64,000 bases of DNA from contig SMSO01000031.1 in assembly GCA_004764695.1 (NCBI GenBank), forward strand, positions 286,436 through 350,435, written 5' to 3'. The notes under the pieces are model-generated. The model was given only the letters and a program-made list of their open reading frames with translations. It ran no database searches and was not told where the DNA came from. This DNA comes from Schizochytrium sp. TIO01. Its lineage: Eukaryota > Protista > Bigyra: Labyrinthulomycetes. Below, in pieces: positions 47,366-57,739 of this stretch. A program made the translations under genes and the position numbers. Position 1 is the first letter of the stretch. Every line of letters starts with the position of its first letter.

Positions 47366-47914
47366 GCAAGCTCTATCATACCAACACGCCTGAAGTATTG
47401 CGTCTGCGACATCATCCTGTTTTGCTTTTGGTACTTTAGCCATATCTTTTGGGAAAAGTTCATGGGCTTTAACAATCGCAGCAGCTTTATTTGCCCTTCG
47501 ATTGTTTTCTGCACCACGAACGACCTTCCCTGCGAGCTTCCGTGAAGCAGCACCTGTTTTGAAAAATGTCTTGACTGACTTTGAGTGAACGATTTTGTAT
47601 TCAAAACCTTCACAGATGCACATAGAAACGATTGAGTACTGCGCAATGTACATTTTCAGTCTCATCTGATCCTCAATGAGGATTATACTCGCTTCTTTGA
47701 GCATAGGGTAAATCTTTGAGGTTTCCTTGTTAAACATAAGGTTGTAGATCCCCATTGGAATATTTCTTTGCGACTTCAGCGCCTTGAGGGATGGTGCGAA
47801 GGCGATTCGATCACAATAGACCATCTTTTTGGTTGAGCTATCATAAAGAGCTACGCCAATGTTTATGATTCTGATGTCAATGCTGAAGATTAAGCTACTT
47901 CTTCTGTCTCCCAT
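47351..47914 (-). CDS. Viral-type RuvC/A22 Holliday junction resolvase
   Basis: FSIDIRIINIG (DxGxxN motif), ILIEDQ, K-rich helix and KQDDVADAILQA: the acidic motifs of poxvirus A22/NCLDV resolvases. Overlaps the TBP-like gene tail-to-tail by 15 bp. Confidence 0.85.
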   Translation of the reverse strand: MGDRRSSLIFSIDIRIINIGVALYDSSTKKMVYCDRIAFAPSLKALKSQRNIPMGIYNLMFNKETSKIYPMLKEASIILIEDQMRLKMYIAQYSIVSMCICEGFEYKIVHSKSVKTFFKTGAASRKLAGKVVRGAENNRRANKAAAIVKAHELFPKDMAKVPKAKQDDVADAILQACWYDRACLSKK

Positions 47915-48005
47915 AATTTTCAATCAGAACTTGTTCATCTTGGATTCAATATATAAGTACAAATGTGAGGGGAATGTCCAGTAAGGGCACAAAAGAGTTG
48001 GACTA

Positions 48006-51000
48006 ATGGTTTTACAGACTATAGTCTTGTTGGTTGTCTTGTTCCTATGCAAGACCAACGCACAGGAAGAGACCCCTGCGCCAACTGCCGAATATGACCT
48101 AAGTATTTGTGAAAGTTCCTTAAGTGTTGGTAACTATGCGACTATTTGGGCTAGTCCCGACCGGAATGTGATGTATGGATGGGGAGCTAATACCCTTAAG
48201 GAACTCAGTAGCGCTAGTGACCCCTCGGCATCTTTCATCGAGCCTTTCAAGATCAATCACTCGACTATTAGTTCGCCGATGCATCCTAGAGAGGCACTTT
48301 TCGCGTGCGTCCTCGATGGACTAACCTATTAAATCCACTGCGTCGGTTCAAATTCAGGATACCTGATCTCAAAAGAAACAACTAGCAGTACGAGTACAGT
48401 GTTCACCGAGTTCACTGAGCTGTCGGATTTTACAAGTGAGTACAGTTCCTTTGCAGTATCAAGGAACTCCTTGTGTGCAGTTACACTTAATCAAACTGTC
48501 GTAACATGTTCGGGTACCAATAATTTGTATCAAAACGGAAGAGGTACAACCTCAAACGGTCGCGACGTTCCACCTTTCGACACCCTAAGTTATGAAACGA
48601 ATCTCCAAGAAGGGGTCACAATCAAGAAGTTAGAATCTGATAAGATTGAGAATCACTTCTGTGCACTTCTTAGTAACAACACTGTCACGTGCTGGGGCAG
48701 CAACACAAATTATGCACTTGGAATCACCGGGTCGACGAGCCTTCCAAGTCCAACGTGGGTCGACACAGAAGAACAGGGTAACATTAAAGACATTACCTTG
48801 GATGAACAAAATATCGGACTTATTACTTTGGATGGTCGTTTCCTATTTACAGGGCAAAATAAAGAAGGAATGTACTCAAACGATGTTGATTCAGGTAGCT
48901 ACATCGAAACTGGACCTGTTGAAGTCTTTGATTCAGGTAACGACAACATTGCTTGTATCTTCATGTATAGGAACTTCTGTCTTCGAAAGACAAATGGAAC
49001 TGTTTTTTGCAAGGGTGAGAATGCCTATGGACAATTTTATAGTTCCAAAGTGAACTCATTCTCCAACTTCATTGAATCGGACAGAATCACTGCCGAGACT
49101 GTTGTATCAGTGAATTCTCAAGTTATTTGTGGTTATAATCTGACTGATGATACAGTTAGTTGCTGGGGAGCCAACAACTACCCACAATTTGACGTAAGTG
49201 GAACTGTCCCGTCGACACCAGTTCTTATGGAAGGTGTTTCATGTGCGCCTCTACCACCAACTATGGCACCGACACTTTACCCAACGATGTCTCCAACTGT
49301 CTATCCAAAGAGAGAACCTACTACACCTTTCCCAACAACTTCAGAGATGACTTGCGGAGTGAACATTGCAACTACTACCGCAGGTGCTTCCTACTATATT
49401 AGTGAAGAACGCAACGCCGTAATTGCTTGGGGCAATGGCTATAATGAGGTTGGATTATTGGGTTTGGGGAGAGATGTTGGAGACATTGACTATCACCCCC
49501 CGACGAAGATACCTGGCTCTTATGTTAACCCAGTCCAAATTTCTGTTGAACCGACCAGTAGTTTCGCTTGCGTCCTTGATGGATATGACGATTCAGTTCA
49601 TGGCATCGGAAAGGACCCCACTGGGGCTATTACAGGAACAACGAATGCTATTCTGTATGAGATGACCCGTTTTACTGCGATTGATAATGATGAAACGATC
49701 AAAAACATTGATGAAATTTCAGTAGGAATTTCAAATATGTGTCTGGTTATTAATAACAGGACTGAGATAAAGTGTATTGGAGGAGCTGCCTATGGTATGA
49801 ATGGCGCAGGTGTTACTGGGACCACGTCAATTCCAGTATATGCTATCAACAGTGCTGCTAGCGCCGGTGCAAAAATCATTCAGCTTGAAAACAACATGTT
49901 CACATATTGTGCACTTTTCAGTAACAACACACTTTATTGTTGGGGTGACAATGACAACAATCCTATTGGACTTCCTGATTATATAAGTGGAAATAGTCAG
50001 CTTTCCCAAATTTTGATTCCTGACATGAGCTTCACTAAAGTCACTTTCGGACAGCACAACATTTGGGGACTTGGAACTGATGGGAAAATTTATGCTTCAG
50101 AAAAGAACACCTTCCAGGTAATTACGAGTGAGTGCTGAAAGGTGATACTGATTAGCGTGAGGTTGACTGTAAGAATGAAGGCAAGAAGCTTGATGAAGGT
50201 TATAAGAAGGTCGATTTAAGTGTTAGCGAACTGCTGTCCTGAGGAATGAAATCCAGGACAGATGGATTCATGTAGTAATTAGGGAGATTAAGACATTCTT
50301 GAATGTGGTTAGAGATAATCGATGGGGTTAGGTTATCCAACCTTCTCCAACCATTGATCCAAGCTAAACCAAGCTTGGGTATCCGTGATGTGCATTTACA
50401 CTTCTAGTTCTTGGCTTCAGCATCCTCATGAGTCTGTCTGCCTATTCTTGTTCTAATGTAAACCTTATCTCTATTGGGTTTTACAAAGGGACACCAAGAA
50501 CTCTAGCAATGTCTTGTCCACTAGTTCCTTCGATTGGAGATCTCAGCAGTGAGCTAGCGACGAATGTTTTCACTTCTGAATGGATTGTCGTTGATAATTA
50601 CAATATTGAGCCTTGGGCATTTGAACAAGGTTTCTGTGTTAAGAAACGGGACAAAAAGACATACACATCACTTCGCAGATTTGATCGAAAATACGAGGAT
50701 GCCAAATCTAAGACAGTTCCGGAGCTCTAGTAACCTATATGTTGCGCTTTTCGAAGACGGGACTGTTAAGACCTGAGGATATAATGCTCCTTTGCGGATT
50801 GGAAGTTCATCTATGGGAACGAACGTGAAGACTCAGCAAGTAATTGAAGAAGCCTATTGCTTACCAAAGTTTGCTCCGTCGATGGCACCGACTCAAATTC
50901 CAACAGAAGCACCTACCTCAGGTCATTCTTGTTCAACGGAAGGGCAGTCCAATAACTTCATGGGTGCTACTGTCAATACGAATCTCAACCAGGTCTTGAT

Positions 51001-52030
51001 GTTTGGAACGGATTACTATGGCAAGTATCTATCGGAAAATGGTCAAAAGAGTGGTACTATTGCATTGTATGATTTGATCTCAAGCCTGGACTACGGTTCA
51101 CGTGCAGAAAGCAAGTTATCCCCGGGAAATAACCACGCATGTTTAATTGACCCATCAGATGACTCTGTTTGGTGTTGGGGAACTGGTAGCTACGGAAGTT
51201 TGGGTAACAAGAACAGTGCATCTTCATCAACACTTGCTTACCCAACAAAAATTAACATTGAAAGTCCCGGACAAGGCAAAGATGTCGTTGTTACAAACGC
51301 AGCTACCTTCTTCTTGCGCAATGACAACCTAACCGTGAAAGTCATGGGTAAAAACGCCAACAATATGTTTGGAACTGGAGGAAGTAATGCTATACAAAGT
51401 ATGTTTACTGTTCAAGATCTAGGTGACCGAGTAATTAAACGGATATTCGCCGGTGGGCCATATTCTGTTTGCCATATGTACGAAGACAATCAAGTTGCAT
51501 GTGCTGGAAGCACTTACGGATTCTGTCATGAAGCACAAGTATCAAATTCTGTAGTCACATATTGTACAGGTAAATTTGCAAAAATTAGTGACTTTAGCAA
51601 CCCCTCAAACTTTAACAGCTGTGTAGTCAATATGGAAGGGCAGATCGTTTGTGCTGGTAACACGAACACTTACGGACAAATTGACCCATCCGCTTTTGGA
51701 ACAGCAGATTTTACCGGAAAGGTTATTGAAGGTATGGGAAATGATAACAAATTCGTTTTGCTTTCAAATGACTTCGCCTGCGGAGTCAAACAAAATTCAG
51801 GGGACGTTATTGCTGGGGCAGAAACAATTATGGTGTCTTAGATGGAGATAGCACGAATTTAGATGCAATTTATACAACTCCGATTAAGATCCAAAATATT
51901 ACAGGAGTTACTGCCATTTGGGGAAGAAAGGCACTGTTTGCTAGAACGAAGAATGGTGACCTGAAAACTTTCGGTGAACATAATGGTAATTACTTTAAGA
52001 GTTTGACAGGTGTTTATGCATCACTCTGGA
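48006..52030 (+). pseudogene. Secreted RCC1/BLIP-II-like repeat protein (three modules with PTxAPT linkers), pseudogenised
   Basis: Signal peptide MVLQTIVLLVVLFLCKTNA and repeated HxC....V.CWGxNxxG motifs. Lesions: TAA 48330-48332, insertion 50133-50548, frameshift ~50665, TGA 50774-50776 (KT*GYN), frameshift ~51808 (GDV/YCWGRN). Confidence 0.85.
50133..50548. mobile_element. Solo LTR (416 bp) with 5-bp target-site duplication
   Basis: Starts TGCTGA and ends TCAGCA (TG...CA inverted ends). GTGAG is duplicated at 50128-50132 and 50549-50553. Excision restores the frame VITSE/LATNVF. Confidence 0.85.
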
Positions 52031-52398
52031 ACATTTGTACACATAAGGTATTCTTCGTTACAAAAGGCCTTGGACGTAGAGTAGGTTGCGGCTGCTTCTT
52101 TGCAGGTGGCGTGATCACGACTGGTGCAATATACATCTGGACCCTCTAGAGGACATAAGTAGTCATGAAAGCCATCAATTGTCTTCGGAGGATCAAACAT
52201 TGTAGCAAACATTTGGACTGTAAGGTCAAGATCCAATCCAGTCATCTTCGACACTGCAATTTCAATACTATGGTGGTGTGAAGATAAAAATGAGGGAACA
52301 TGTTCAAAGGAGTCAGAATGTGAAACTAAGATAGCGTCAACAAACATTTGCAAAGTCTCTTGGACAGGTCCCCTAGTCATTGAAGAGTAGTAATTCAA
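52021..52398 (-). pseudogene. ORFan fragment
   Basis: 125-codon open stretch with non-ATG start, abutting the truncated RCC1-like gene and an opposite-strand fragment. Confidence 0.4.
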
Positions 52399-52890
52399 CC
52401 AAAATTAAAAAGGCAACACAAACGATCGTAAACGAGCTTGTCAAAAGTCAAACGAATGAGACTCTTAAAACAGGGACTAATTTGACAGTCTTTATTGATG
52501 GTTCAGAATCAGTCACTCTTGACGCAGACTTAATTTATAGTCTTGGCGGAGACGAAGAGCTTCTCGGTGCTGCATTGAAGGAGCTCGTTTGTAACTACTG
52601 AGAAAGAGTACAAATACATCTTTGCGATATGACTTTGCAAGGTTAAGAGGAGCACCCATCTGATGCAACAGTGTCAAAAGGTGTCATGATGGCATGATGG
52701 GTGACGTATAACACTGCATGTGACTCGCCCATGGAACGAAGGGTATCAAGCAAGCATCAAAAGGAGTTTGCAAAGCAAAATCTGCAGGCAGACCCGAAAT
52801 ACCAAAGCGACCAGAAGCACTTGAATCTATCAAGCACATTCAACAAGACAACCACTATCATCTAAGACATTTCCCCAAATACCTCTAAGT
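52380..52890 (+). pseudogene. Decayed ORFan with several in-frame stops
   Basis: The frame of ORF 52380-52601 continues as protein-like sequence through about four stops (VCNY*ERVQ...QG*EEHP...MA*WVTY...). Confidence 0.45.
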
Positions 52891-52892
52891 AA

Positions 52893-53459
52893 TCATAACC
52901 ACGTCTCATTACTACCCATTGCATGTAACTGACTACCCTCATTCATTCCTTCTGCGTATCGGAGGTAATAATAAGTCTGCTCAGTTTCCAATGTTGCACA
53001 CATCAGTGTAAGAGTTGCAGGTATCATGACTAGGGCCTCATAAATACTCATCGAGATGAACTCTGGTGTCTGCATAACTTCTTTGAGTGATACATGAAAG
53101 TTATGTCTATTTTCATTGTGGCCTGTGCGAAGTCCCATTGGACCAGAATTATACTCATGAAGTTTGTTTAGCTCAGTCCCATTCATGATTAATGCCATAA
53201 TAAACTCTGTTAGTCTCGCTACTTCAATGATCATCGGAAGTCCCATCATTATAAAGATTGAAAATGTTGCTGCAACGTCTCGCTTGATCTGAGCATCAAG
53301 TGGGTTACTAGCTTGGTACTTAAATAATATGTAAGACAAAACACTTATTATAGAATCTCCGTGACCATCACTAAAATTAAACCAATTTCTTATTACAGAC
53401 TTTGAAAAATGCCGATCACAAAAAGTCACCGTTAGGCGGACTTGCATTATAATCGACAT
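52893..53459 (-). CDS. Hypothetical protein (ORFan)
   Basis: 188-aa ORF with an A-rich context before the ATG (AAAAATG), as for compact viral genes. Confidence 0.6.
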   Translation of the reverse strand: MSIIMQVRLTVTFCDRHFSKSVIRNWFNFSDGHGDSIISVLSYILFKYQASNPLDAQIKRDVAATFSIFIMMGLPMIIEVARLTEFIMALIMNGTELNKLHEYNSGPMGLRTGHNENRHNFHVSLKEVMQTPEFISMSIYEALVMIPATLTLMCATLETEQTYYYLRYAEGMNEGSQLHAMGSNETWL

Positions 53460-53548
53460 TTTTCTTTTCTTTTAGAAGTCTTATCAGTGGTCCGACTTTG
53501 TTTGAATTCATAATGTGAACACTCATCCAGGAGAAAATGTAAACGTAA

Positions 53549-54232
53549 CTAGCTGTTACCTTTACGGACTCGGTGTTTAGGGTAGGACTTAGCTTGTTGT
53601 CTGTAGGAGTCAATCATCGCGAAATTGATCGGGAAATTAAGGTTACCGTCTTTCCCAAAACCATGTCGATTTGAATATGGGCCCTTACGAGACATAACAG
53701 TTGCAGACTTCTCTGAAATCAGTAGCATTTGATAAAGTTCATTCATCTGCTCATCACTCAGATTTGTGTGCTTACCAGAATCTGTAGGGTTAAGAACCGG
53801 CAAAATGTCACCTAAGTTTACTCCCTTCGATGCCTTTAGGGATTGGTTATGAGAGTCAGCATTGGGCTGAAAGTGTCCAGTTTTCAGAGGCTCTTCCCAC
53901 TGATTAAATTCATCATAAAGTTTGTACCTATATTCATAGAGGTTGTTAATCTCTTCAAGATACAAAGATGGGTTCCCAACAGCAATTTCCTTCACAATTT
54001 CGAACAGGTCAAAGTTTGCAAAGTCTTCTTCACCTGCTTCTTCAACTTTATCTACTGAGAAGTATTTTTTGAACCAGGAAAGTTGCTCTGGTAACTCGAC
54101 CATACTTAAAATTGTATGACTGATAGTTTTCATTTGTTTGACATTATTAAGCTCTAATACTGTTTTAGTCGAGCTGTCATAATTTAAACTGCTCTTCAGA
54201 AATACCGCCATTCCATAACGCACATTACACAT
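53549..54232 (-). pseudogene. ORFan, probably 5'-truncated at the right island junction
   Basis: 227-codon AT-rich ORF that begins exactly where composition switches to the GC-rich flank. Confidence 0.5.
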
Positions 54233-55350
54233 GAGCTCGACATGAATTTCGACCAGCCCAGTGCTGACGCGAGATGACCATTGCGGTCATCGTCATCATG
54301 ATGTCCATCATTATGATGATGGACATCATGGTAATGTGCATCACGACGACGACGACAACGAAGACATCTTGGGCCGCGCAGCCCTCTCTCTAGATCTTCA
54401 AGCCCTGCTGCCAAGTCGAGGCAGCTCGCTCGCTAGCTTCTGTGGCACGTCGCCAATTCATGACAGCAAACAACCCGCGAGCTCGCGGCTTCGCCTTCTC
54501 AAGCCCGGCCGCAATTCAAGGCAGCGAGCTTCCGCCGGGTATCGGCAGCTCCTTTCTACCCATCGCGGTGCAGCTGCTTTGGATTTGGCTTCACTCAGTG
54601 CCTCAAAATCTCGCCTCTGCTCCCAGCTTTCGTGTGAGCAAGCACGCCGTTGCTTCTGATGTTTTCACAATCTCGGGCCCAAGCTTGTCCACGGTTTCCG
54701 CCATCGCTAGCTGAGCTAGCTATAGCTACAGCTGGTCACGAGCTGGCCAGGTCCGCAGGTTCGAGGTGTGGAGCCCAGCTCATCGCCATGCACCTCGATG
54801 CACAAGTCGTCGCGGCTTTGCTGACGCTGTTCAAGTTGCTCAGTTCTCTGGTCCTGCAGAACTTCGAGGTCTTCTACGCCTCGGGATCGACGAGCTCCAC
54901 GTCTTGGCCGTCGCTCTTGCTTATCTTGTGCTGTGGAGCAGCGTTTCCGCGCATAGCAGCCTCTTGGAACACGAGCCCATGAGGAGAAGAACCCTTCACA
55001 GGCAAGGCCGACCGCCTTGTCCGACGTGGAGATAGATTCCACTCCACTCGGTCCTTTCACGCTACCGATGCAGTCCTCATGGCGTTGGAGAGCTCTGGGC
55101 TGCTGCTTTCTTCAGCTTCAAGTCGTGGCTGGCGAAGCGTGTCGGGAGCGGAGCCGCGAGGATGGTAATCGGTTTGTTGGGAACCTAAACTGCAAACCGT
55201 AAGCAAACGAACGAGGGCAGTCGAGACAAAGTCGAAACCACAGAAGCTGCCGCATCAAGCTCTCCGCATCACTGCCTGGCGCCTGTCAGGTTAGATTTGC
55301 CTTCATTTCCTCGTTTCTTGGACCTCATTTGACTCCCGATCTCAATAAAT

Positions 55351-55394
55351 GAATGAATGAATGAATGAATGAATGAATGAATGAATGAATGAAT
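55351..55394. repeat. (GAAT)11 microsatellite
   Basis: Direct reading. Confidence 0.95.
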
Positions 55395-56275
55395 GAACTG
55401 CAACTCAAAAGTGCGAATCTTTGCTTTGCTTTGTTGCTTTGAGGCAACAATAAAGAGTGGCTCAAGAATGAATGCGTTGAAATAGGTGCACATGCTTGAC
55501 GTGCAAACTCAACGAACTTGCGGCGATTGCCTTGATTGCCTTGACGAGGTAGATAGATAAGTAGATATAGATACATAGATAGATAGACGCCAACTTCTTC
55601 AGCTTTCACTCGATTCCATTGTACTTCCATGAGTTCTTTTGGTAATGTGCTCAAAGTTGTTGTTTCTTTTTTGTAAAAGTAAAATGGTTGTTTTGACTTT
55701 GTTACTTTCAATTATGGCAATTACTTATTATTTTTTCACTCTCTTTTGTTGTTGTTATTGTTGTTGTTGTTGTTGTTTTGATAAAAATAGATTAATTGTA
55801 AAAGAATTGAAAACGTTTTCATTAGCAAACGAACAGTTGGGAATCTCTTCAGTGCCTCTGGCTCCTCTTTCCTCTTTGTTGGGGACGCCTTCTACTATCC
55901 TCCAAGGGCTGCCTGCCTCAACTATTATCCTGTTCTCCCTTCCGCCTTCTGCCTTTCTTCCTCTCTCTCTCTTCCCCCCCCTCTCTCGCTCGCTCTCACA
56001 CACGCTACCGCTCACTTGGTTCGCATCCAAATCCGCAATCCATCCGTTCATCCATCAAGCTCCACGCGACCCTCGCCGCTCCTTTGTTTGCGCCGCCTTT
56101 CCACGCCGCTCCTCGAAGGCCCCCAAGCTAACCCATCCCTCCTCCTTTCACTCTCGCCCTGTCGCTGCGGCCCTTCGACCGCGCCACCTCGCCTGTAAGC
56201 GGCCTTCGTGCTAGCACTCGGTCTCTTACTCGTCTTGTTCTGCACTAAGTCACTCACAGTTGCTGTCTCACAAAA

Positions 56276-57739
56276 ATGCCCAAGAAGCACGTGAACGCAG
56301 CCGTGCGCTTTCCGGTGTTTGCCATCAGCGACGGCCCGTTAAGGCTGTCTCCAGGCAATGAGGGCGGTGAATTGGCCCTGCTGAACGTTGGTGGTGGCGG
56401 TTCTGCTCGATCGGGTGTCGGCAATTTCATCACAGCATTTTCACTATCGCACAATGACGCTGGGGATCCAACAGTGCGTCAGGAAATTGCTTTTAACACA
56501 GGCTCAAGGTTGTGTACTTCTGTTGATGTCTCACCAGATCAGAAACTTGTGGCCAGCAGCTTGGAGGGAGGGTGCCTAATGCTCAGATTTGATGCGGAGG
56601 CCAAAGTTCTTCGTGAAGTTGATTTCTTTGAGACAGATGAGCCTCTGGATGAATCCACGCCGGCATGCCAGAATGTAGCTAGATTCAACCCAGCTGATGC
56701 CAAGATGTTGGCAACTGCTGGAGATGATACCACGGCGTCGATTTGGCACGTTCAGCTGGAGGAAATGCCTGCGACGCAGTCTACTACTAATGCTGCTGGG
56801 GACTCTTCTCCTTCCAGCGCAAAGGTCGAAGAAAAGGGCATCGAGATCAAGAGATCAAAGGATGACGAAGATTCTGAGAAAGAAGCTACCGTTGAAGACG
56901 ATGACCAGCTTACCCAACCCCCTACGCCTAAACCTGCAGAGGCCTCTGCGACCCCCGAGGATAGCGATACATCAACAAAAGAAAAGCTACCAGCAGCAGA
57001 GTCAACAGAGCTAGCGAAGGACGAGGAGGAAGCGGGGCCCAGATTTCAGTTGGTAGCAGAGCGCAAGTTTCACCTGGTCGGCCATACCAAGGGCGTCAAA
57101 GATTTGCACTTCTCTCCTTCAGGAAAATATCTCATGACTGCTTCTGGTGATAACACATGCAGGATATGGAACGTTGCAAGCGGTAAAGTCTTGCAGATCA
57201 TTCCTTCCGATATGGCTGCTGGAATGGTGTTCCGCCGCTCCCGCTTTCTCACTGATAATCGCCTAGTTACTCTCCAAGCCAAGCCAGGCCGTGGGGGGCA
57301 TTCATTCCTTGTGGAGTTTGTTCGTGATCCTGAAGCCCCAGAGGGAAAGCAGTGGACGCTTAACCGCTCTGTGCGCGTGCTCAAGGGACTCGCGACAACC
57401 ATGCACCTTTGCCCTCCTGTGATTAGCGTAGCAGATGCTGCTGGAGGCCTCACATTGCACGACTATGACACATTGCGAAACCTTGGTCACTTTGATGATG
57501 TTCACAGCCTTCCCGTGACAGGTCTTTCTGCAATGGCGTGTCCCGATCCATCAGGAAAGACCAATGTAGCGTATGTGATCACAGGATCAATGGATAAGAC
57601 TATGGCTATGATTCCGGCGAAGGTCCAGCCGGGATGGGGCTTGACTTTGGGTGTCTTGCTCCCCCTGCTGCTCATCCTCGTTGTTATCTTCCTTCGCTTT
57701 GCGCTCTTCGCTGCTGACAGCGACGCTCATGAGCTTTAA
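56276..57739 (+). CDS. SEC12: Sec12/PREB-like WD40 guanine-nucleotide exchange factor for Sar1
   Basis: N-terminal FPVF...VGGGGSARSGVGN K-loop motif, WD40 repeats (GHTKGVKDLHFSP), H.LPVT motif and C-terminal transmembrane helix. Confidence 0.85.
   Translation: MPKKHVNAAVRFPVFAISDGPLRLSPGNEGGELALLNVGGGGSARSGVGNFITAFSLSHNDAGDPTVRQEIAFNTGSRLCTSVDVSPDQKLVASSLEGGCLMLRFDAEAKVLREVDFFETDEPLDESTPACQNVARFNPADAKMLATAGDDTTASIWHVQLEEMPATQSTTNAAGDSSPSSAKVEEKGIEIKRSKDDEDSEKEATVEDDDQLTQPPTPKPAEASATPEDSDTSTKEKLPAAESTELAKDEEEAGPRFQLVAERKFHLVGHTKGVKDLHFSPSGKYLMTASGDNTCRIWNVASGKVLQIIPSDMAAGMVFRRSRFLTDNRLVTLQAKPGRGGHSFLVEFVRDPEAPEGKQWTLNRSVRVLKGLATTMHLCPPVISVADAAGGLTLHDYDTLRNLGHFDDVHSLPVTGLSAMACPDPSGKTNVAYVITGSMDKTMAMIPAKVQPGWGLTLGVLLPLLLILVVIFLRFALFAADSDAHEL

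Larger units (their letters stand above)
35395..54232. mobile_element. Endogenous large-DNA-virus-derived island (mirusvirus/NCLDV-like), partly decayed; boundaries approximate
   Basis: Abrupt GC-rich to AT-rich transitions at ~35395 and ~54232, each cutting an ORF. Intronless, tightly packed or overlapping ORFans, a viral-type RuvC resolvase and a divergent TBP. Multiple stops and frameshifts. Confidence 0.75.

Noticed and set aside
50118-50488. Spliceosomal intron in the RCC1-like gene (GTAATT/GTGAGT donors, CTAAT...AAAG acceptor)
   Set aside because: TG...CA ends plus an exact 5-bp duplication and precise frame restoration explain the insert better as a solo LTR.
52893-54232. Island ORFans as capsid, triplex or portal proteins
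   Set aside because: No motif I can recognise; needs structure-based search.
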